NCBI GenBank assembly: GCA_002104905.1
Contig: MCFE01000228.1
Location: forward strand, 1 to 64,000
Length of the DNA stretch: 64,000 nucleotides
Origin: Basidiobolus meristosporus CBS 931.73
Lineage: Eukaryota; Fungi; Basidiobolomycota
Direction: 5' to 3'
The notes under the pieces are model-generated. The model was not told the origin of the DNA. It ran no database searches and saw nothing but the letters and a program-made list of their open reading frames with translations. Positions 27,036-37,126 of the stretch are shown here, piece after piece. Both the position numbers and the translations under genes were made by a program. Each line of letters opens with the position of its first letter. Positions within the stretch are counted from its first letter, which is position 1.

Positions 27036-29918
27036 TTACTCTTCATCTGAATCTGCAAAGATGGCTTTGAATATGTCCATTGGAGGCCGTTCTGGCACAA
27101 CTGTTTCTTTCGGAGCAGGTTGGGGTGCTGGTGGGGTTTTCGCCTGTACATCTGGCTCAACCGTAGTTGCACTAACGAAAGACTTGACTTCCACTGGCTT
27201 TGTGGGTTGACGAAGCCCCGCAGTAAATGATGAAGAGCTATCATTTACAATGGAATCCAACGATTCCTTGCTTAGCGCCTCTCGACTTCCAGCTGAGCTT
27301 TTGCCTGGTTGCGTAGTGGAAGTGTACTCCGGATGGGGGTTAGGGACGTTAAAGCGTTTGCATAAAAGTCGGGCAGGATAAAAGGGAGTGGTCGATCTAG
27401 TTAGTTGGCCAAACATGTTCATAGCAGCGGCCTCAGCGGCGGGCGATTTCTTTGAAAAGGCAAAATTAAAATTACGCCCGTTAACGCGTATCTAGGGCGA
27501 CTTACATTGTAATTGGACTCTTGTTTCTTTGGCTTCTTGTTGGCTTGAGGCGGCTCTTGTTCTTTAGCCTCCGCAGGCCCCGGACCAGGTCTTAATCCCG
27601 GGACTGGCTGCTTAAATTCCTCGATTATTGATTCTGAGCTCGCGCTAGTAAAGCGAGATGCCATCATACTAGACATAGGATGGAAGATTCGAGCAGCTTG
27701 AGCAAACTCTTTGTGTTCCTTCGCCAAATCCTCATCGGAGAATCCCTGGATTTCGCAGTGTTATTCAACCTGACTTATTCTTTCCGGCTTCTTTTGCACT
27801 TACTCTAGGGTTTGGTGGGAGGCTCTTGATGATCTCGGCATTATACTCGAGAAATTGCTTGTACCGATTCTGCTTCTCTATATTATCACCAAATGGTATG
27901 AATCCGCTAAGAGCTGCAAGCGCTTGCTTCTTCTCGACTTTCGGGATTCTAGGTACGTCAGGCTTCTCCCGGCTACTTGTGGTTCCATTGATGAGGGTGT
28001 TCAGTCTGTCCTTATTGTCTTTAGAGATGTAATCGAATACGGATCGACTGGGGGCGTTGATTTTCTCCTCACCAAGCATAGCACCTCGCTATGATTGAAT
28101 TAAGATGTAAGCATGAATCTGCACAACGATGATTGAATACAGATCAATATACCTGATCGGCGGTATACTCGGAGACATGTCTTCGAGACCCCTCTGCTTG
28201 CTTGTCAGCCAGGTGGTTTGGGGGTGGTGCCTGCGAGCCAAGTCGATGATATGGATTGAACCCAGCTGGAATATCAGGTGGGTTGAACCTAGATAATGAC
28301 GAAGGGTAAATTGAACCGTCTTTGAACGCAAATAAGCGACGATACTTACCATTTATCTGCAGGCATTGGAAGGGTGGCTTGTATGAAGCCAACAACAACA
28401 GTCGTTGTATTGGCTTTAGCTTTGGAGTACTTTTGTTCGGTTAGTGTGAAGCAATAGCGAGCCTGCCACTGATACTCACCTCATAGTCCGAAGATCTTGA
28501 TGGCCTCGATGGTTTTTTGCTCATACCGATGACCATGGGCTGATCATCGTCGTCATCGTCGAACAAGGATGTATTGTAATCGGCTTTCGAGGAAGTAGAG
28601 TAGATGTCATGGTCATCGTCATCTTCCATTCCGAAGCCGCCTTGCAGCGAAAGTGAGGATTTGAATGAGAATAGCGAGGTGCGTGTTTTGTAGCTTACTT
28701 CTTTTGGCGGAATAGCTCACGCCGCTAGTATAATAATCTTTGACAAGTCTATTGAGTTGATAGGCTCACGGGGTTTGTGGCGATTAGGACATACCAGAGC
28801 TCTGTCGCATGCTATGACCACTGTTATCATTGTATGGATCGTAGTCAATCCCGTAGCGGTTGTTTTTGTTGGTGAAAGAAATGACAGCAGTATCTTTCGG
28901 AGCAAACTTGAAGTTCGAGGCGTGAGCATCTTTGAAAAGCTCGGAATCATAGCTAGCTACTTGAGATGCCAGGTGTTATTAAGAGAACAATGGATATAGA
29001 TCCTCGAATTCATGTAACCTAGATTCTTCTGTTTTTTGATGCTCAATCGTGGGCCGATCCCTTGGCCTTCGCGCCACCCCATACTTTTGAGCAACCTTAC
29101 ACCTATTGTTGACGATATATTAACCAAATCCCAACTGTTACATTATAAAGAGAAATCGGGATATACCTACTGGCTCCTTAGATGGTATAACAAACGACTC
29201 AAGCAAACTATCGGGAATTGCACCAAGTGTGCTGGTATCCCGTAAGCTCCGTGTAAGTTCGTGTAAACCTTGGTAGCGATGATTTCCAAGCATACCTTGA
29301 ATCGCCTAAAGAATCTGCTGTTGCGCGCCGTCTTGCCAAATCACGCTCAGTACTACCAAATTTCCCGAAATCGTCTTTGGTTACCAATTTTTGGGAGTCG
29401 GCCAGTTCCTTTTCGAAAGGAGATTTCCAACTGTAAATAACTGTCAACCAAGGAAATAGGATCCAGTAAGCAACAAACTGCCAAATCCTCCTCGTCCATA
29501 TAATCTTCAGGTCTGAATGCTTTCCTTTCGGAGCGGGAGGTTCGTGAAGAGACGAAGGTTTTGGGTTCCCAACCTTTTCGGGTAAATAGAGGACGATGAG
29601 TACGAAATCAACTAGCCAAGTTAATCAAGGACCTACCTTCTTTGGAACCAACAGTATTGAAATACCCTGCAGAGAAGCCGCCGGTAAAAGCACCATGAAA
29701 TCTACGCCTTCCTTTCTCATCACGTACCTGCCGGGAATGTCACTATCAGGCAGGAAAATGCAATTAAACGACGGATCAGGACAAACCTCTTGTTCCCAAA
29801 CAGGTACTGCCTTCTTCCCATCCTTTCCAGAGCCTAAATCTTCGAGAACAGTTCCAACAGTGACAAAAGATTCACGATCGGAATCCCCTTCACGTGGTCT
29901 TTTACGATAATACGACAT
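27036..29918 (-). CDS. GPATCH1: G-patch domain-containing protein 1 homolog (DUF1604 + G-patch); multi-exon, boundaries only partly resolved
   Basis: Exons encode VPVWEQEV|[30 protein letters not shown]|[10 protein letters not shown]...[10 protein letters not shown], the G-patch [55 protein letters not shown] and [12 protein letters not shown]. The 3' end is slightly uncertain. Confidence 0.88.
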
Positions 29919-30864
29919 AGCAAAAGCAAGAGTACTTCGTAAAACTTGTTGTATGGAGAATCAAGTCGTGACAATTAATTCACCAGGATGTTAACTAGGA
30001 ATTGGTGGTATGAATATACGAGATGATTTTGGCTGCATCCTAATCATTTTGTTCACTTATCCTATTCGCTTAAATTCACGCTTTACTGCAATCATTTCTT
30101 GCTTGAAATAATTGGGGTATTGTTTTTACACGGCTTTTCCGATAGCAATTCCCAAGTAATTGGTGATACAGAGTTTTGGCTAGAAATTCCATCTGGCAAA
30201 TGCTCGGTTTGATGTCTAATTACTTATACATTAGGTCTTGAAGCTTTTATAATACATTAGGAATTTCATTGGAACCAATTCATCTCTTTAGCTTTAATAG
30301 AATCTCTACGCCCTATACAAAATCTTAAAGTTGGAATTCATTGGATTTTTAGCTGGTATTCTGATGGTATCTTGCTGGTATTCAGCTGGTGTTTCTGCTT
30401 CATAACTTCCGTTGCAATTTTTGGTGGAAGTAATGAGCGGCTGACTACCAAATTTGGTGTGAATGCTATTTGGCCTAGTCTCTCCCTGAAAAGGATGTTT
30501 GCTTGTCTACTGTGAAGCTAGTATCTGAGATATTGAGAGTTGTCACTTTTGGGAAAACTGGAATTTAGCTGATATTATACTGGCCTTTTCTTAAATTCTT
30601 CTCTTAGGGTACAGAATTGTGGAAGTTTTTTGAAATTAAATATGATCCTGACTTTACCTAATACTTGCTCCTTATTCCTTTCTAAAACTCGATCTTCCTG
30701 CCAATATGAGCCCCTCGTAAGCAATAACACATTGCTCTAAATCATCACCCTCAAATGAAATACAGCTCAAACACACTGGGCATTTCCTTAATTTGCTCTG
30801 TACAATGTTGGAACACTGCAAGGGTCATGTATGTTTTAAGAGTCTTGGAGATACTGGAAGTGAT

Positions 30865-31214
30865 TGTTGTAAGAGTCTTGGAGATATTGGAAGTGATTGG
30901 GAGAACAAGTAGATTATGTGGTTTTCACTTAATGATTTATTGAATGTAAAAGTAGTATTAATACTTTTACATGGTCTTGGTATTACAAACACATAGAATT
31001 GGTTAAGGAAGGTCCCAAGAACATGTGTGCAAAGTTTGGGGCTGTTTGGACAACTTTGAGAACTTTCATGTTCTGGGTACCTGGTATTTTGGTGAAAATA
31101 TTCTAAGTAAATCCCGACAAGGAATTTGGTCAGTATCCTCTAGGATTTGAAGGTGATGATCTAAGTGACTAAGTTAGGTGAATATTTAGGTGGAAATACG
31201 AATTTTTTACAACA
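30865..31214 (-). repeat. Solo LTR (A) inserted into an older LTR of the same family; TSD GTGAT
   Basis: ...ggaaGTGAT|TGTTGTAAG...TTACAACA|GTGATtggg...; the flanks rejoin into an older LTR that starts at 30832. Confidence 0.92.
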
Positions 31215-31510
31215 GTGATTGGGGGAGCAAGTAAATTATGTGGATTTCACTTGATGATTAATTGAATGAAAGTATAGTATTCATGCTGTAACACGGTATT
31301 GACAAAACAAGCATGTAGAGTTTGTTTAGGAAGGACTGATGCGTTTTAGGAGTTTTGGAGATAGCAAAAGTGAATGGGATAGCAAGTAATTGTATGGATT
31401 TCACTGAATGATTTATTGAATGTAAAAGTAGTATTTATACTTTTGCATTGTGTTGGCTAAACAAACGCGTAGAATATGTTAAGGAAGGTCCCAAGCACAT
31501 GTGCGCAAAG

Positions 31511-31840
31511 TGTTGTAAGAGTCTTGGCAATATTGGAAGTCATTGGGAGAACAAGTAGATTATGTGGTTTTCACTTAATGATTTATTGAATGTAAAAGTA
31601 GTATTTATACTTTTACATGGTCTTGGCATTACAAACATGTAGAATAGGTTAAGGAAGGTCCCAAGAACATGTGTGCAAAGTTTGGGGCTGTTTGGACAAC
31701 TTATCTAATTTTCATGCTCTGGGTAAATATTCTAATAAATCCCAACAAGGAATTTGGTCAGTATTCCCTGGGATTTGAGGGCAATGATCTAAGTGACTAA
31801 GTTAGGTGAATATTTAGGTGGAATACAAGTTTTTACAATA
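31511..31840 (-). repeat. Solo LTR (B) inserted into another older LTR; TSD CAAAG
   Basis: ...gtgcgCAAAG|TGTTGTAAG...TTACAATA|CAAAGttgggg...; the flanks rejoin into a decayed LTR that starts near 31342. Confidence 0.9.
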
Positions 31841-32055
31841 CAAAGTTGGGGGTTGTTTAATCAACTTGGAATATCTCACCAAAACATCAGATAGACAGAA
31901 CATGAAACATTGATAAGTAAATCCCAACATGTAATTTGGTCAGAATTCACCAAGATTTGTTGACTATGACCTTTACTTTACACACATGCTCTTGGGACCT
32001 TCCTAAGCCTATTTTATCTGTTTGTCTTACCCAGACCATAAAAAAGTATAAATAC

Positions 32056-32307
32056 ACTTTTACATGGTCTTGGCATTACAAACACATAGAATAGATTAAA
32101 AAGGGTCCTAAGAACATGTGTGCAAAGTTTGGGGCTGTTTGGACAACTTTGAGAATTTTCATGTTCTGGGTTACTGGTATTTTGGTGAAAATATTCCAAG
32201 TAGATCCCAATAAGGAATTTGGTCAGTATTCCCTAGGATCTGAAGGTAATGATCTAAGTGACTAAGTTAGGTGAATATTCAGGTGGAATTCCAAATTTTT
32301 TACAACA
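32056..32307 (-). repeat. Truncated LTR (C), 3' LTR of the adjacent RT/RNase H fragment
   Basis: Matches the LTR consensus from acttttacatgg to TTACAACA; directly followed by the PPT complement ctcccactc (GAGTGGGAG on the minus strand). Confidence 0.9.
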
Positions 32308-32318
32308 CTCCCACTCAG

Positions 32319-33346
32319 CTAAATGTTCATACTGACTAGTCCTAATTTTGACCTAAGATATTCAAACTTGTCTCTAGCTAATGGTTTTGTAAATATGTCT
32401 GCAATCATTTCATCTGAAGGACAGTAAACTAAGCTAACTAAGTTATTCTCTATAGCTTCATGTATGAAATGATGTCTAATATCTATGTGCTTGGTTCTAG
32501 CATGAAAAGTTGGATTTCTACCTAATTGTGTACATCCTTGATTATCTTGAAATAAAGCAATAGATGTTTTTTGACATAGGCCTAAATCTGTAAAAAGTTC
32601 TCTTAACCACATTGCTTCTTTTGTAGCTTTACAGGCTGCCATATACTCTGCCTCTGTGGTAGAAACTGCTATGGTTGGTTGTTTTCTTGAATTCCATGAA
32701 ATTGCTCCTTGACAGTAAAGAAAGGTGTATCCTGTGGTGGATCTTCTGTCTTCCAAAGTTTGTCCCCAATCAGCATCAGAGTATCCCACAAGATTCTGTT
32801 CTGAGTCCTTACAAGTGTATCTTAGGCATATATCAGCAGTTCCTTTTAGGTATCTAAAAATCTGCTTAACTGCTGCAATATGATCAGATCCATAGTTCTG
32901 ATTATGTTGGCTGACAACTCCCACTGAATATGAGATATCTGGACATGTTCCAAGCATGATATACATCAGACTGCCGATCATAGACTGATAAGGAAAGTCA
33001 GGGCTTTCAGATGGCACCAAGCTCTCTTGATTTGGTTGAGTTTTGACCAAGTTAAGGTTTGTCTCCATTGGGGTAGCTGCTGGTTTACAGTCATCCATTT
33101 TGTACTTCTTTAGTATATCTTGAATATACTTGGACTGGCTTAGGGTGATAGTCTGGGTACTTCTGTCTATGGAGAACTTAATCCCTAAGTAGTAACTAAG
33201 TTCTCCTAGATTGGACATCTTGAACCTCTTAGATAGGCTGGATTTAGTCTCTTCCAATGTTGATAGGTATTTGGTGGCTATAATAAGATCATCCACATAT
33301 AGAGCTAATAAAACTGGATTTGCTCTATCTGGCTTAAAGCATATAC
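32319..33346 (-). pseudogene. Copia RT C-terminus + RNase H fragment, cut off by LTR D
   Basis: YVDD region, LVGYSDADW, STTEAEY, FQDNQG, RTKHIDIRHHF and ADIFTKPL. Ends at TATAC immediately before LTR D. Confidence 0.93.
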
Positions 33347-33694
33347 TGTTGTAAGAGTCTTGGAGATATTGGAAGTGATTTGGAGAACAAGTAGATTATA
33401 TGGTTTTCACTTAATGATTTATTGAATGTAAAAGTAGTATTTATACTTTTACATGGTCTTGGTATTACAAACACATAAAATAGGCTAAGGAAAGTCCTAA
33501 GAACATGTGTGCAAAGTTGGGGCTGTTTGGACAACTTTGAGAATTTTCATGTACTGGGTACCTGGTATTTTGGTGAAAATATACTTAGTAAATCCCAACA
33601 AGGAATTTGGTCAGTCTTCTCTAGGATATGAAGGTAATGATCTAAGTGACTAAGTTAGGTGAATATTTAGGTGGAATTACAAATTTTTACAACA
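33347..33694 (-). repeat. Full LTR (D)
   Basis: TGTTGTAAG...TTTTTACAACA, about 348 bp, followed by a PPT-like ctcctactc. Confidence 0.95.
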
Positions 33695-36600
33695 CTCCTA
33701 CTCAGCTAAATGTTCATGCTGACTAGTCCTAATTTTGACCTAAGATATTGAAACTTGTCCCTAGCTAATGGTTTGGTAAATATGTCTGCAATCATTTCAT
33801 CTGTAGGACAGTAAACTAAGCTAACTAAGTTATTCTCTATAGCTTCATGTATGAAATGATGTCTAATATCTATGTGCTTGGTTCTAGCATGAAAAGTTGG
33901 ATTTCTACCTAATTGTGTACATCCTTGATTATCTTGAAATAAAGCAATAGATGTTTTTTGACATAGGCCTAAATCTGTAAACAGCTTTCTTAACCACATT
34001 GCTTCTTTTGTAGCTTCACAGGCTGCCATATACTCTGCCTCTGTGGTGGAAAGTGCTACGGTTGGTTGTTTTCTTGAATTCCATGAAATTGCTCCTTGAC
34101 AGTAAAGAAAGGTGTATCCTGTGGTGGATCTTCTGTCTTCCAAATTATGTCCCCAATCAGCATCATAGTATCCCAAAAGATCCTGTTCTGAATCCTTATA
34201 AGTGTATCTTAGGCATATATCAGCAGTTCCTTTTAGGTATCTAAAAATCTGCTTAACTGCTGCAATATGATCAGATCCATAGTTCTGATTATGTTGGCTG
34301 ACAACTCCCACTGAATATGAGATATCTGGACATGTTCCAAGCATGATATACATCAGACTGCCGATCATAGACTGATAAGGAAAGTCAGGGCTTTCAGATG
34401 GCACCAAGCTCTCTTGATTTGGTTGAGTTTTGACCAAGTTAAGGTTTGTCTCCATTGGGGTAGCTGCTGGTTTACAGTCATCCATTTTGTACTTCTTTAG
34501 TATATCTTGAATATACTTGGACTGGCTTAGGGTGATAGTCTGGGTACTTCTGTCTATGGAGAACTTAATCCCTAAGTAGTAACTAAGTTCTCCTAGATCG
34601 GACATCTTGAACTCCTTAGATAGGCTGGATTTAGTCTCTTCCAATGTTGATAGGTATTTGGTGGCTATAATAAGATCATCCACATATAGAGCTAATAAAA
34701 CTGAATTTGCTTATATACTTTTACATGGTCTTGGCATTACAAACACTTTTTGGCTCAAATTTTGACTGATTTCCGGCCAGTTTTTTGGCATATGCTGTAC
34801 ACCCAAATATTCTTAGATGTTCTGCACTTGGTCTGCATCCATACCATGCTTCAAATGGAGTAGAATCACAAAGTATTCTGTTATAACTCCTATTTTTAAG
34901 GTATACAGCTGTGGCAACTGATTCCGCCCAAAAATCATAGGATAATTTTTGATCATGGATCATAGATCTTGCCATATCAATTATTGATCTGTTAGCTTGT
35001 TCTGCTACTCCATTTTGCTGTGGGGAGTATGGTTCAGTAGTCTCTTGCTTTATCTCATGAATTTTGCAGATGTGGATGAAGAGTTTGGAGGTATATTCTC
35101 CACCATTGTCAGAGTGTATTTTCTTGATTTTTTCACCAGTTTCTCTCTCCACCATGGCTTTAAACTCCCTGAACTTAGACAGAGCTTCTTACTTTCTCTC
35201 CATGAAGTAGACCCATGTGTATCTTGTATAATCATCAATAAAAGTGATTAAATACTTCATCCCACCTAAGGATAAATTTTGCATAGGTCCACACAGATCT
35301 GAGTGAATTAGATCTAATTTTTTCTTAGTTTTGATTAACCCAGAGCTCTTGAACAGTTGTCTGGCTTGTTTCCCATATATGCAGGCTTCACAGTGCTCCA
35401 AATTAGCTGGGGGATCAATTTTCACTCCAGAAATTAGCTGATCTTTGATCATTTTACACAAATAATCAAAATTGATGTGTCCAAATCTCCTGTGCCAAAG
35501 CATTGGTGTTTCTTCATTTAAGTTACTTATATTGGCTTCCAGATATGATGGAATATAAGTCAACTTGTATAGATTCTGATCTCTGATGCCCAAAGCAATA
35601 TGGGCACCATTTTGATCAGTGATCCTGCATCCAGAATTGTCAAAACTGAAACTGAGTCCTTCTGCTGTGGCCTTGCTTACAGAGAGTAGGTTCTTGGCTA
35701 TTTCTGGTACATAGAGTACTTCTTTAAAGGTCAGTGTATGGCTTCCTTCACTGCTTCTAAGGTTTACTTGGATAGTTCCTTCTCCCACTGCATCAAGTGT
35801 TCTATTGTCACCCATGAAAACCTTCTTAATTGGAATTTCTTGATATTGGGTAAAAGTTCTTTTTTGTGTGTAAAGTGTTGAGATGCTCCAGAGTCAATAT
35901 ACCACATCTGAGAATCCTTGTTTGTGGTCATATTTAGTGCAGATATGAATAGTCTAACTTCAGTTGTTGCAGCATTTCCATATTCAGTCTTCTTTTGCTG
36001 ATAATCTCTCTTTTTGAAACACCGGTCTGATGTGTGTCCTTTCCTTTTGCAGTAGTTGCAAAATAGGTTGCTGTTGCCTTTGTAGGGTCTTGGGTACCTC
36101 CTTTGTTGGTTGTCATTGCTTATTAAAGCATTTTCTTCTTCCTTCTTATTGGCGCTTGATTTTCTTAATTCTTCATCCAGGAGCCTTCCATATATGTAAT
36201 TTAAGGTCAAATCTTCAGTTCTGGATTCTAGGGCTGATACAAGGCCCTGAAACTTGTCTGTCAGGCTATTCAGGATGGTAACTATCACATCCTCATCAGT
36301 AGTTGGTATGCCCACAGATTCCATCTCATCTACTAGCAGGGTAATTCTGTTAATTAGATTTTTCATTTCTTCTCCTGGCAGCATCTTTGTAGTAAAGAAT
36401 TTTTGTCTCAGATACATCTTCTTAGCAGCTGAACATGACTGGTAGGTGTCCTCTAATGCTTTCCAGGCATTCTTTGCCGTTTTTGCTCTTGAGCATTGAA
36501 TTAGCAATTTGTCCTTGACATTAAGGCAAATGCAGTTAAAGGCACTTTGTTCTTTCTTCTGGTACTTTAAGGCTTCCTCTCCCACGTTTTTAGGAGGGCA

Positions 36601-36766
36601 TTCTTCTCCCATAACAATATCCCAAAGGCCTCCTTCTTGTAGCAGCATCTTCATCTTCACCTTCCGCACTTGGTAGTTAGATCCATCCAACTTTTCAGCA
36701 GAGGGAAAAATTCCAGTAATAGCAGTAGTAGACATTGCAGAGAGTGACAGCTTGGGGCTCATAACC
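33695..36766 (-). pseudogene. Internally deleted copia element: gag-PR-IN, a 33-bp LTR patch, then RT C-terminus and RNase H
   Basis: Gag EKLDGSNYQV...GLWDIV, zinc knuckle CNYCKRKGHTSDRC, PR WYIDSGASQH, IN HHCC and D-D-E region. A 1-bp frameshift near 35860 and a nonsense codon near 35190. The N-terminal RT is missing. Confidence 0.93.
36755..36766 (-). other. Primer-binding site complementary to the anticodon stem-loop of initiator tRNA-Met (half-tRNA priming)
   Basis: The minus strand reads CAACA|GGTTATGAGCCC right after LTR E. This is the complement of tRNAi-Met GGGCUCAUAACC. A second copy at 41092-41105 has one mismatch. Confidence 0.85.
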
Positions 36767-37115
36767 TGTTGTAAGAGTCTTGGAGATATTGGAAGTGATT
36801 TGGAGAACAAGTAGATAATGTGATTTTCACTTAATGATTTATTGAATGTAAAAGTAATATTTATACTTTTACATGGTCTTGGCATTACAAACACGTAGAA
36901 TAGGTCAAGGAAGGTCCCAAGAGCATGTGTGCAAAGTTTGGGGCTGTTTGGACAACTTTGAGAATTTTCATGTACTGGGTACCTGGTATTTTGGTGAAAA
37001 TATACTTAGTAAATCCTGACAAGGAATTTGGTCAGTATCCTCTAGGATTTGAAGGTAATGATCTAAGTGACTAAGTTAGGTGAATATTTAGGTGGAATTA
37101 CAAATTTTTACAACA
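36767..37115 (-). repeat. Full LTR (E), shared as 5' LTR of one copy and 3' LTR of the next
   Basis: PBS abuts the left side and PPT (ctcccactc, 37116-37124) abuts the right side of the same LTR. Confidence 0.95.
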
Positions 37116-37126
37116 CTCCCACTCAG

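Noticed and set aside
30832-32310. Repeated blocks with variable intervals could be mistaken for a CRISPR array or satellite
   Set aside because: The repeats are ~350 bp LTRs with TG...CA ends and TSDs in a eukaryotic context, and there are no cas genes.
35764-36894. ORF-track 376 aa protein that starts inside the LTR
   Set aside because: The N-terminal extension is LTR read-through. The plausible gag start is the ATG in or just after the PBS.
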